Made by a program: the position numbers and the translations under genes. Positions 20,160 through 30,105 of a stretch of DNA of 64,000 nt are shown here, one piece after another. The DNA lies in NCBI GenBank assembly GCA_947589515.1, contig CANQBE010000001.1, positions 3,800-67,799 on the forward strand, given 5' to 3'. The stretch's first letter is position 1, and each line of letters starts with the position of its first letter. This stretch comes from an uncultured Bacilli bacterium. GTDB taxonomy: Bacteria > Bacillota_I > Bacilli_A > RF39 > UBA660. Under the pieces are notes generated by a model. That model saw only the letters and a program-made list of their open reading frames with translations. It made no database searches and was not told the origin of the DNA.

Positions 20160-23105
20160 ATGTATACACCACTTTATATCAAAACAAATTATTCTTTATT
20201 ATCTAGTACCATTACGATTGATCATTTACTAGAATATCTTTCCAAAAATCATTTCTCTAATGTTGCTATTACCGATTCCAATATGTTTGGTACCATGGAA
20301 TTTTATAAAAAATGCAAAAAAATAGGAATGAAGCCTATCATTGGTTTAGAAATTCTGTTAGAAAATGACACCATTTTATTATATGCCAAAAATTATCAAG
20401 GGTACCAAACTTTAATTCAATTATCGACGATTCAATCTTCTCGAAAAATAGAATGGAATGATTTAGAAAAATATCATGATTCCGTAGTAGGAATTGTGCC
20501 TTTGGAATATGAAAATACCTATACGATGTTACAGACTCTTCTAGATGATTTATATCTTGGATACTCTAATAAAAAAGAAGAAACAGAAGCCCTTCTCATT
20601 ACCAAAAATGTTGTTTATATTAGAAAATGTTTATATCTTCATGAAAATGAAAAAGAATATTTAAAATATTTATACATGATTCGTGATGGAAAAACAGTAT
20701 TAGATGAAAACAATTATGAAATCGATCATTATTCTTTTCTTCTTGATGATATTTATGAATATACTAGTAATGAAAATTTATTTACGACGAATAAGATTGC
20801 AGATTTATGCAACTTAGAATTTCCCAAAGCAGAATTATTACTTCCTATTTATCAAGATACCAATGGTTTATCCAGTCATGAATATTTAAAAGAACTATCT
20901 AGTTTTGGTCTAAAGAGACGATTTGGTGGTAAGGTAAGAGAAAGTTACTTTAAACGATTAAATTATGAGTTAGAAATTATCGAAAAAATGGGATTTTCGA
21001 ATTACTTCTTAGTTGTATATGACTTTATTCGTTATGCTAAAAAAAATAAAATATTAGTAGGACCAGGACGTGGAAGTGGAGCTGGTTCTTTAGTATGCTA
21101 CTCATTAGGAATTACCGATATTGATCCCATTCAATATGATTTATTATTTGAAAGATTTTTAAATCCAGAAAGAGTAACCATGCCCGATATCGATACTGAT
21201 TTTCCTGATATTTATCGTGATCAAGTCATTGATTATGTCATTCAAAAATATGGAAAAAAGAGAGTAAGTGGCATTGTGACATTTGGAACACTTGCGTCTA
21301 AACAGGCCCTACGAGATGTTGGACGTGTTTTAAATATTCCTACTTATCAAATTGATTTAATTTCTAAGAGAATTCCACCAGTTACCAAATTAAAATTAAA
21401 AGATTTTTATGAACAAGATTTAGAATTAAAAAAGATGGTACAACAAGATTCAAAACTTATGAAAATGTATCAGATTGCGTCTTTTATTGAAGATTATCCT
21501 AGACATACTTCTAGTCATGCTGCTGGTATTGTTATGAGTAAAATCGATTTAGATGAAGTAATACCTCTAACGGTATCTGATGGTATGTATTTAACAGCAT
21601 ATACTATGGAATATTTAGAAGAATTCGGCCTATTAAAAATGGATTTTTTAGGATTAAAAACGTTAACTACTATTATGAATATTATTTCTAGTATTGAACA
21701 AAATGAAAAGATTACGATTGACTTTCATACGATTCCTTTAGATGATTCCAAAGTATTAGAATTATTTGCGAAAGCAGATACTACTGGCATCTTTCAATTT
21801 GAAAGTGAAGGTATGAAAAATTTCTTACGTAAATTAAAACCAAATACTTTTGAAGATATCTTTGCAGCTATTGCTTTGTTTAGACCAGGTCCTAGCCAAA
21901 ATATCGATTCTTATATTCGTAGAAAACATCAAGAAGAAAAAATAGAATACTTAGATCCTAGTTTGGAACCTATTTTAAAAAGTACTTATGGAATTATTAT
22001 TTATCAGGAACAAATTATGCAAATTGCGAATGTTTTAGCAGGATATACTTTGGGAGAAGCAGATATTTTAAGACGAGCAATGAGTAAGAAGAAACTGGAT
22101 ATCTTAAAGTCTGAGGAAGAAAAATTTATCACCAAGAGTGTTGAAAACGGTTATACGTATGAAATTAGTAAAAAGATATTTGATTTAATTTTAAACTTTG
22201 CCAATTACGGATTTAATCGAAGCCATTCCGTTGCTTATTCGATGATTGCTTATAAGATGGCTTATTTAAAATACTATTTTCCAAAATATTTTTATGCTAG
22301 TCTATTATCTTCTGTTATTGGAAGCGATGCTAAAACACAAGAGTATATTCGTGAAGTAAAAATATTAGGAATTTCGGTGTTAAAGCCAGATATTAATTGT
22401 AGCAGTTGTAGTTATGAAGTAAGAAAAGAAGGCATTTATTATCCTCTTTCGGGAATTCGCAATATCGGTGGTGTTACCTGTAATGAAATTGTTTCTAATA
22501 GAGGATCTGGTTACTCTGATATTTTTGATTTTCTATCCAAAGTAAAAGGAATCAATCGTAAAATCTTAGAATCTTTGATTCGTGCAGGATGTTTTGATTG
22601 TTTTGGTATTACGAGAAAAACATATATTGATCATTTAGATGCCATTATAAACTACGCAGAATTAGTATCCACCTTAGCGGAAGAATTTGTATTAAAACCA
22701 GAATTAGAAAATCAAAATGAATATACAAATTTAGAATTAGTAGCTATGGAAAAAGAATTATTTGGTCTTTATTTAAGTAATCATCCTGTCACCTCTTATA
22801 AGGCTAAGTTTTCTCAAATTGTTTCCTTCAATCAAGTTTCTAATTATTTTAATCAAGTGGTTACTACGGTTGTATTAGTAGAAAAAACAAGAGTTGTGCA
22901 AACGAAAAAAGGAGAAGAAATGATGTTTTTTGATGGTAGTGATGAATATGGGAAAATCGATTTTACCTTGTTTCCGAAAACCTATCAAAAATATCCTTGG
23001 ATTAAAGTAGGGGATATTTTGAAAATAGAAGGAAGAATCGAAAGAAGATATGATGCTTTTCAAATTATTGTGAATCAAGTTGAAAATTTGAATCCAGAAA
23101 AGTAG
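20160..23105 (+). CDS. dnaE: DNA polymerase III alpha subunit, DnaE type
   Basis: PHP N-terminus, GPGRGSGAGSLVCY, MPDIDTDF, and a C-terminal OB fold. The start could instead be 20154. Confidence 0.92.
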   Translation: MYTPLYIKTNYSLLSSTITIDHLLEYLSKNHFSNVAITDSNMFGTMEFYKKCKKIGMKPIIGLEILLENDTILLYAKNYQGYQTLIQLSTIQSSRKIEWNDLEKYHDSVVGIVPLEYENTYTMLQTLLDDLYLGYSNKKEETEALLITKNVVYIRKCLYLHENEKEYLKYLYMIRDGKTVLDENNYEIDHYSFLLDDIYEYTSNENLFTTNKIADLCNLEFPKAELLLPIYQDTNGLSSHEYLKELSSFGLKRRFGGKVRESYFKRLNYELEIIEKMGFSNYFLVVYDFIRYAKKNKILVGPGRGSGAGSLVCYSLGITDIDPIQYDLLFERFLNPERVTMPDIDTDFPDIYRDQVIDYVIQKYGKKRVSGIVTFGTLASKQALRDVGRVLNIPTYQIDLISKRIPPVTKLKLKDFYEQDLELKKMVQQDSKLMKMYQIASFIEDYPRHTSSHAAGIVMSKIDLDEVIPLTVSDGMYLTAYTMEYLEEFGLLKMDFLGLKTLTTIMNIISSIEQNEKITIDFHTIPLDDSKVLELFAKADTTGIFQFESEGMKNFLRKLKPNTFEDIFAAIALFRPGPSQNIDSYIRRKHQEEKIEYLDPSLEPILKSTYGIIIYQEQIMQIANVLAGYTLGEADILRRAMSKKKLDILKSEEEKFITKSVENGYTYEISKKIFDLILNFANYGFNRSHSVAYSMIAYKMAYLKYYFPKYFYASLLSSVIGSDAKTQEYIREVKILGISVLKPDINCSSCSYEVRKEGIYYPLSGIRNIGGVTCNEIVSNRGSGYSDIFDFLSKVKGINRKILESLIRAGCFDCFGITRKTYIDHLDAIINYAELVSTLAEEFVLKPELENQNEYTNLELVAMEKELFGLYLSNHPVTSYKAKFSQIVSFNQVSNYFNQVVTTVVLVEKTRVVQTKKGEEMMFFDGSDEYGKIDFTLFPKTYQKYPWIKVGDILKIEGRIERRYDAFQIIVNQVENLNPEK

Positions 23106-23221
23106 AAAATATTTTTATCTAACAGATATTTTTTAGACCAAAAATTCAAGAAACATCAGAAAAATGTTTCCTGGAATTGGGTTTTATGATATAGTTATAT
23201 TGAAGCAAAGGTAGTGGTAAG

Positions 23222-24052
23222 ATGAGACTTAATTTTTCAATCAATGATTATTTACTTACATGGAATTTACTATATGGTACCTCTTTTTCAGAAGTTGTAC
23301 ATGAATTCAAACAAAAATTATACCTAACTCATCGTAAGCAGTATAATAACCTTGCCAAAGATAAAGATGAAATGCTTTTAGATATCAAGAATTTTATTCC
23401 TGATGATGATACTTTGTATAATTTAGTATTTGAATCAAATCTTTTTTCTAAACTAAAGGAAGATACCGAAAAACATCGTACGGTTTTATTAAAGATTTGG
23501 GATAAATATAAAAAAGCAGTGAATGAATCCATTAAAGAAATTTTAAAATTTCCGTTACAAGAAGAGTATACGGTATTAGCCTTACATCCCATTATGGATT
23601 CTGTTCTAACTACTCCAAATTCTACTAGTATTGGTTGGGGAAATCGCAAAGATGTAAAGAATCCTGCACTTACTATTACCAATATTATGTACTATATTGT
23701 GAAAAATGAAATTGGTCCTGTCGAAAAAAAATTTCAAGAAATAGTTGATACGATTTTAGAACTAGCTATCAAAAATGAATTATATACAGAAATTAGTGGA
23801 ACTAGTAATTATGTACAAAAAGATGAAAAATCTTCTCTTTTAAAAAGACAAATTTATCCTTATTGGTTAATGTATTTAGGATGTGAAAAAGAAGATTTTC
23901 CAAGTTATATGATGCGAGATGGCATTGTGTTTGAGATGGATCGCTATATTATTGATAAAACCATCAAAAAAATGAATTTGTATGAGTTTATCGAATACTG
24001 TATCCGTAATCAAAAGAAAATTACTCGTATTAGTGAATTAGAATTAATTTAG
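23222..24052 (+). CDS. Hypothetical protein between dnaE and polC
   Basis: 276-aa ORF with coding-like composition. No recognisable motif. Confidence 0.5.
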   Translation: MRLNFSINDYLLTWNLLYGTSFSEVVHEFKQKLYLTHRKQYNNLAKDKDEMLLDIKNFIPDDDTLYNLVFESNLFSKLKEDTEKHRTVLLKIWDKYKKAVNESIKEILKFPLQEEYTVLALHPIMDSVLTTPNSTSIGWGNRKDVKNPALTITNIMYYIVKNEIGPVEKKFQEIVDTILELAIKNELYTEISGTSNYVQKDEKSSLLKRQIYPYWLMYLGCEKEDFPSYMMRDGIVFEMDRYIIDKTIKKMNLYEFIEYCIRNQKKITRISELELI

Positions 24053-24089
24053 ATTTCAATTTTTGAAATCTATTTTATTAGGAGTTAAT

Positions 24090-27000
24090 ATGCAAGAGAA
24101 CAAGATAAAAATATTATTTGATCAGATTAATTTAGATGTTGATACTAGAAATCGTTTTCATGAAATGCGCTTGGAAAAAGTAAAAGTAAATGAAAAAAAT
24201 GGTAGTTGGACTTTTGTTCTTAGTAATCCGGAAGTATTGGCATTAGAGGATTATCAAAAATTAGAGAAACTTTCAAAAGATGCATTTCAAAATATCAAAG
24301 ATATCTATTTACAGATTGTTCCTACGGTGAAATCTTTAGATAAGTTAAAAGAGTACTATCAGTATGCTTTAGAAAATGTAAAAGATATCTTGCTGTTTTC
24401 TAGTATGTTTCAAGATAATTTAATAGCAGAAGAATTCAAAATTGAAGTCAATAATCAAGAAGAAGAAAAGCAAGTAAATTTAATTCTGCCTAAACTAAAC
24501 TACCTGCTATCTTTATATGGATTTGATACTCCTTTACAAGTTGTTTTAAATTTAGAAAAAGAAAATTCTGTAAAGGAAATGATTTCTCAAGATTTAGAAA
24601 AAGCAACAAAAGACATTCCACCTGTTGTTGAAACGAAAAAGGAAGAAAATAAACCAATCTTTTATAAGAAAGGCAATTATCATCGTGAACCTAAAGAGGA
24701 TGATCCTAATGCTTTAATAGGAAAAGTGATTCACGATACTCCTATACAAATGAAAAATATCATTGGAGAAGCGGATCCCATTACGGTAGAAGGATATGTA
24801 TTTGGTGTTGATTATTTTGAATCCAGTAAGACTGATTTTAAAATTATTACCTTAAAAATTACGGATTATTCCGATAGCATTTACTGTAAAGTTTTCTGTC
24901 GTGGAGAAGAAGATTTTAATGAAAAGAAAAAAGTGCTAAAAGAAGGAAAATGGTTTTTAATTCGTGGTTATACCAAAAACGATCAATTTTCGAAAGAACT
25001 TGTTTTAAATGCTAGAGATATTAATATTTTAGAAAAAGAAACCAAAACAATAGAAGATCATGCCGAAGTAAAAAGAGTAGAGTTACATGCCCATACTATG
25101 ATGAGTCAAATGGATGGTATTACGAATATTGATCTTGGAAAACATACTTGTGAATTGGTAGAAAGATGTATTCAGATGGGATATAAAGGAGTCGCAATTA
25201 CCGATCATAATGGATGTCAAGCATTCCCTATTTCTTTTGGTATTATTAAAGCCCATAATAAAGACATTCGTAAAAAAATTAAAGAAAAAATAGAAAACTT
25301 AGAAAAAGAAATAGTGGAAGAAGCAGATTCTAGTAAAAAAGAAGAACTTCAAAAAGAATTAGAACAGGCACAAGAAGAATCTAAAAATCCACCTATTTTT
25401 AAGGGACTTTATGGTACAGAGTTAACTTTGGTAGATGATACTGTCAATATTGTTGTAAGACCAACAGAGGAAGATTTAATTCATAGTACTTATGTTGTAT
25501 TCGATACCGAAACTACTGGTTTTAATGCCGGTGGTGCGGATCAAATGATTGAAATAGGTGCAGTCAAAATCAAAGATGGTGAAATTATTGATCGATTTGA
25601 CCAACTCATTGATCCAAAAAGACATATTCCTGATAAAATTACAGAACTTACCTGTATTACGGATGAAATGGTTAGAGGAAGATTAGATGAAGAAGAAGTA
25701 ACAAAGATGTTTTTAGAGTGGACAGGTAATTTACCAATGGTTGCTCATAATGCTAAATTTGATATTTCCTTTATGGAAATGGCTATGAAAAAATATAACT
25801 TAGGAGAGTTTCAAAATACCGTTATCGATACTTTAGAGTTATCCCGTACTTTGGATCAAGGATTTGCTAGACATTCCTTATCTGCTTTAGTAAAACGATA
25901 TGATGTACCTTGGGATGAAGATGCTCACCATCGTGCCGATTATGATGCCGAAGGAACAGCTTATGTTTTTCATAAAATGCTTAAAAAATTGGAAATGCAA
26001 AAATTTGAAAAAATCAGTGATTTGGATCAGTTAATTTCTAAAGATGAGATTCATAAATTTGGTAGAACCTACCATTTTAATGCCATTGCGCTTAATAAAA
26101 AAGGACTAAAAAATCTATTTACGATTATCTCTTTAGCAAATACCGTTTATTTATATAAGACTCCTAGAATTTTAAGAAGTAAACTCAATGAATTAAGAGA
26201 AGGCTTATTAATTGGTAGTGGCTGTTATGAATCTGAAGTATTTGTAGAAGCAAGAAGTAAAGAAGGAGAAGAACTTACTAATATCATTAATTTCTATGAT
26301 TATGTAGAAGTTCAACCAAAAGAAGTATATGATCATCTAATTCAAATGGGTGATTTTAAAGATGAAACAGAATTAGAAAATCATATCAAAAAGATTGTGG
26401 ATGCTGTAAAACAAGCTGGTAAAATCATAGTAGCAACTGGAGATGTGCATCATTTTGAACGCGAAGATAAAATCTATCGTGAAATTATCATTAATCAAAA
26501 GGTACCAGGTGGAGGAAGACATCCACTTGCCAAAAAAGATATTACGAATATTCCTTCTCAACATTATCGTACTACAGAAGAAATGTTACAGGATTTTTCG
26601 TTCCTAGATTCAGATTTGGCATATGAAATTGTAGTTACTAATACCAATAAAGTGTTGGATATGGTAGAAGAAATTGAAGTCATTCCCGATACGTGTGGAA
26701 CCCCATTTTCCCCTCGAGTAAAAAGTGATGATGAACAAAGCTACTTAGATTGTCCAAGAGTGGTAACGGATTTAGTTTATACTAGGGCAGAAGCGTGGTA
26801 TGGAAATCCATTACCTTATTCCATTGAAGAAAGATTAGGAACCGAACTTTATGGAGATGTGGTATTAAATTCTATTAAGTACGATTTACAAGATTTAACT
26901 GGCGAAGACTTAGAAAGAGAATCTTTCAAAAAATTACATGAAGTAATTTTAGCGGGAAAAGATAGTGTTTTAGAGCAAGTTCGCAAATATTTAAAAGCAA

Positions 27001-28862
27001 CCAGTGAAGAAGAATTAACTGGTGATGAGTTAGAGAAAAAATTAAAGTCTTCTCTTGGTGGTGTCATTGGAGCGGGATTTGATCCTATTTACTTAATTGC
27101 CCAAAGACTCGTGAAACACTCAAATGATGAAGGTTACTTGGTAGGATCCCGTGGTTCGGTTGGTTCTAGTTTCGTTGCTACGATGATGGGAATTACAGAA
27201 GTCAATCCACTTCCTGCACATTATCGTTGTAGTCAGTGTAAACTTAGTATCTTTGAAGATGAAGAACACCATTCTCTTGGTGCTACATATTCTTGTGGAT
27301 TTGATTTACCTGATAAAGATTGTCCAAACTGTCATATTCCGATGGTAAAAGATGGGCAAGATATGCCATTTGCTACTTTCTTAGGATTTAATGCTGATAA
27401 AGTACCCGATATCGACCTTAACTTTTCCGATTTAAATCAAGCAAGTACACATGCTTATACCAAAGTTTTATTTGGTAGTGATAACGTATATCGTGCAGGT
27501 ACGATTGGTACAGTTGCTGATAAAACTGCTTTTGGTTTTGTTAAAGGCTATTTAGAAGATAAAGGTATTATGAACATGCGTACTGCTGAAATCGAACGAT
27601 TAGCTATGGGTTGTACTGGTGTAAAAAGAACTACTGGTCAACATCCTGGTGGAATTGTCGTTATTCCTGATTATATGGATTGTTTCGATTTCACACCATA
27701 TCAATTTCCAGCAGAAGATCCAACATCTGCTTGGAGAACTACCCATTTTGATTACCATTCAATTGAAGAATGTGTTCTAAAACTGGATATTTTAGGACAT
27801 TCTGATCCTACTCAATTACGTTTAATTCAATTACAGTCTGGTACTGATATTATGAAAGTTCCATTAGATGATAAAGACACAATGAGTATTTTTACATCTA
27901 CGAAAGTCCTAGGCGTTACCACTGAAGAAATCATGTGTAATACTGGTACATTGGGAATTCCTGAATTTGGTACACCATTTACGATTCAATTAGTAGAAGA
28001 TACAAAACCAACTTCGTTTGCTGAACTTGTCAAAATATCTGGATTATCCCATGGTACTGATGTGTGGTTAGGAAATGCTAAGGATTTGTGTACTCCTGAT
28101 GAAAATGGTATCATTCAAGTACCATTTAAAGAAACCATTGGCTGTCGTGATGATATTATGGTTTATTTAATGTATCATGGTGTAAAACCTATTAAAGCAT
28201 TTAAAATTATGGAATTTGTTCGTAAAGGAAAAGCTAGTAAAGATCCTGAAACTTGGAAAGGTCATGTTGAAACCATGCGAGAAGCAAATATTCCAGAATG
28301 GTTTATTGAATCCTGCCGAAAAATTAAGTACATGTTCCCAAAAGCTCATGCCGCTGCGTATGTTATTAGTGCTTTCCGTATTGCTTGGTATAAAGTTCAT
28401 ATGCCCGTTTACTTTTACGCTTCGTGGTATTCTTCCAAAGCAACCGATGTTGATATTGAAGCAATGATTGGAGGATATACGCCAATTAAAAATAGAATTT
28501 TAGATATTCAAAATAAAGGGTATGAAGCTACCAATAAAGAAAATGGTCAATTAGAAAGTTTAAGACTAGCATTAGAGGCAACCGCACGTGGTATCAAATT
28601 TTTAAATGTCGATTTATATCAAAGTGAAGCAACTGTATGGAAAGCAGTAAGTGATACTGAAATTTATCCACCATTTAATTCTATTGATGGCCTAGGAGAT
28701 ACCGTTGCGCAGAATATTGTTTCTGAAAGACAAAATAAAACTTTCTTAAGTATAGAAGACTTACAAAAACGTGCCAAAGTATCTCAAACTTTAATTGATA
28801 AAATGAAACTCATGGGAATTTTAAAAGATTTACCGGAGTCTAGCCAGGTTACGCTATTTTAA
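24090..28862 (+). CDS. polC: DNA polymerase III PolC (Gram-positive replicative polymerase with 3'-5' exonuclease)
   Basis: RBS aggag. PHP motif HAHT, exonuclease motif VVFDTETTG, GSRGSVGSSFVA, and the zinc module CSQC..CPNC. Confidence 0.97.
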   Translation: MQENKIKILFDQINLDVDTRNRFHEMRLEKVKVNEKNGSWTFVLSNPEVLALEDYQKLEKLSKDAFQNIKDIYLQIVPTVKSLDKLKEYYQYALENVKDILLFSSMFQDNLIAEEFKIEVNNQEEEKQVNLILPKLNYLLSLYGFDTPLQVVLNLEKENSVKEMISQDLEKATKDIPPVVETKKEENKPIFYKKGNYHREPKEDDPNALIGKVIHDTPIQMKNIIGEADPITVEGYVFGVDYFESSKTDFKIITLKITDYSDSIYCKVFCRGEEDFNEKKKVLKEGKWFLIRGYTKNDQFSKELVLNARDINILEKETKTIEDHAEVKRVELHAHTMMSQMDGITNIDLGKHTCELVERCIQMGYKGVAITDHNGCQAFPISFGIIKAHNKDIRKKIKEKIENLEKEIVEEADSSKKEELQKELEQAQEESKNPPIFKGLYGTELTLVDDTVNIVVRPTEEDLIHSTYVVFDTETTGFNAGGADQMIEIGAVKIKDGEIIDRFDQLIDPKRHIPDKITELTCITDEMVRGRLDEEEVTKMFLEWTGNLPMVAHNAKFDISFMEMAMKKYNLGEFQNTVIDTLELSRTLDQGFARHSLSALVKRYDVPWDEDAHHRADYDAEGTAYVFHKMLKKLEMQKFEKISDLDQLISKDEIHKFGRTYHFNAIALNKKGLKNLFTIISLANTVYLYKTPRILRSKLNELREGLLIGSGCYESEVFVEARSKEGEELTNIINFYDYVEVQPKEVYDHLIQMGDFKDETELENHIKKIVDAVKQAGKIIVATGDVHHFEREDKIYREIIINQKVPGGGRHPLAKKDITNIPSQHYRTTEEMLQDFSFLDSDLAYEIVVTNTNKVLDMVEEIEVIPDTCGTPFSPRVKSDDEQSYLDCPRVVTDLVYTRAEAWYGNPLPYSIEERLGTELYGDVVLNSIKYDLQDLTGEDLERESFKKLHEVILAGKDSVLEQVRKYLKATSEEELTGDELEKKLKSSLGGVIGAGFDPIYLIAQRLVKHSNDEGYLVGSRGSVGSSFVATMMGITEVNPLPAHYRCSQCKLSIFEDEEHHSLGATYSCGFDLPDKDCPNCHIPMVKDGQDMPFATFLGFNADKVPDIDLNFSDLNQASTHAYTKVLFGSDNVYRAGTIGTVADKTAFGFVKGYLEDKGIMNMRTAEIERLAMGCTGVKRTTGQHPGGIVVIPDYMDCFDFTPYQFPAEDPTSAWRTTHFDYHSIEECVLKLDILGHSDPTQLRLIQLQSGTDIMKVPLDDKDTMSIFTSTKVLGVTTEEIMCNTGTLGIPEFGTPFTIQLVEDTKPTSFAELVKISGLSHGTDVWLGNAKDLCTPDENGIIQVPFKETIGCRDDIMVYLMYHGVKPIKAFKIMEFVRKGKASKDPETWKGHVETMREANIPEWFIESCRKIKYMFPKAHAAAYVISAFRIAWYKVHMPVYFYASWYSSKATDVDIEAMIGGYTPIKNRILDIQNKGYEATNKENGQLESLRLALEATARGIKFLNVDLYQSEATVWKAVSDTEIYPPFNSIDGLGDTVAQNIVSERQNKTFLSIEDLQKRAKVSQTLIDKMKLMGILKDLPESSQVTLF

Positions 28863-28881
28863 AAAGGATAGGAGGGGTGTT

Positions 28882-29859
28882 ATGAATCCAGAAAAATTAA
28901 CAGAAATACTTACATTTTTATCACATTTTCCAGACACTAATAATTTTATTAATTATTATGAACTATTTGGTTTTCAACCAGATATGACAGCATCAGAAAT
29001 CATGGCTGATATTAAAAAGATGCGGTTACAAGTCTTATTTCATCCAGATCAAATTGCCTTTATACCGGCTCAATATCAAGAAAAATATTTGCAGATGATT
29101 GATATTATTAAACAGATGTTAGACGATTTCAGTAGTGATTATAAAAAAGAAAATTATGACCAAAGATTACATGAAAGTCTCTATACTAGTGAAAATATGG
29201 ATGATACTTTCGGAGAAACAGAAGATTTAGAAGAATTAAAACTTAGGGATGCTATTATTTTTAATTCTGCAAAATATGGATTTGAGTTTACAAGAAGTGC
29301 TCTTCTTGATTTAATGAGAAGTCGTTCTATCAAAGGATTTACACGTGATCATAATGCACGTGATATCGTAGCAAGTATTTCTTACGATAAAATTATGTCT
29401 ATTTTTAGTAAATCTTCACTTTTTGATACTTTCACTGATCTGGAAAGTATGATTATGAATTATTTAACAGACATTATGTATAAAGATGCAAGGTTGAAGG
29501 CAAAAATAGATTCTTTGGAAAATGCTTGTATGGAAACGATGTGTAAATATGATTTAGTAAATCATAGAATGCAAACTCAGCAAGCATTAAATCTTTTTGC
29601 ATTAGAAGGAGATGCTTCTGCATTTACCAATAATCATAATGCTAGAACGAATTTGATATCTAATGTTGATTTTAAAGATATTACATTTCTAATTCAATGT
29701 TTACTAAACCATCAAAGACATGAAGATAAAATGCTAAATTATCAAAATACTAAAAATTTAGATATTATTTCTTTAAATGGAACTTATTGTGGCTTTCTTT
29801 ATCGAAAAATGATGACTAATCATTATCAAGACCAAACAAAAGCAGGTTTCAATAGATAA
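28882..29859 (+). CDS. J-domain-like protein with an uncharacterised C-terminal domain
   Basis: N-terminus reads NYYELFGF..ASEI...IKK...FHPDQ, a J-domain pattern with the HPD tripeptide. It has no Gly/Phe region and no zinc-finger domain. Lies 19 nt downstream of polC. Confidence 0.55.
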   Translation: MNPEKLTEILTFLSHFPDTNNFINYYELFGFQPDMTASEIMADIKKMRLQVLFHPDQIAFIPAQYQEKYLQMIDIIKQMLDDFSSDYKKENYDQRLHESLYTSENMDDTFGETEDLEELKLRDAIIFNSAKYGFEFTRSALLDLMRSRSIKGFTRDHNARDIVASISYDKIMSIFSKSSLFDTFTDLESMIMNYLTDIMYKDARLKAKIDSLENACMETMCKYDLVNHRMQTQQALNLFALEGDASAFTNNHNARTNLISNVDFKDITFLIQCLLNHQRHEDKMLNYQNTKNLDIISLNGTYCGFLYRKMMTNHYQDQTKAGFNR

Positions 29860-30032
29860 CGTTTCTTAAAATTTAAAAAAATATACTAAAATTTGGCCTA
29901 GTAATATGGTTGAAATTGAAAATATAGATATAGGATATCACGAAAAAGGTAGAAAATAGTTTTACTTCTAAGACTATCGTTAAAATAACCGAAGAAAATA
30001 GAAAATCTTGTGTAAAATCTTTATTCCGATTA

Positions 30033-30062
30033 TAAAAGTGTTTCAAACACTTTTTTCTTTTT
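30033..30062. terminator. Palindromic hairpin terminator about 175 nt downstream of the J-domain gene
   Basis: Stem aaaagtgt/acactttt with a 5-nt loop, followed by T-runs. Confidence 0.6.
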
Positions 30063-30105
30063 TGCATAAACTGTGGTAGAATGATATTAGAATTGTGGTG
30101 ATAAG

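Noticed and set aside
23148-23170. Hairpin gaaacat/atgtttc after dnaE, considered as a terminator or regulatory element.
   Set aside because: The stem is only 7 bp, no T-tract follows, and there is no conserved riboswitch-like context.
24090-28862. The extra length of PolC, considered as a possible intein.
   Set aside because: The extra residues are charged, helical-looking insertions. They lack intein block A/B/F/G signatures: no Cys/Ser at an insertion junction and no terminal HN-(C/S/T).
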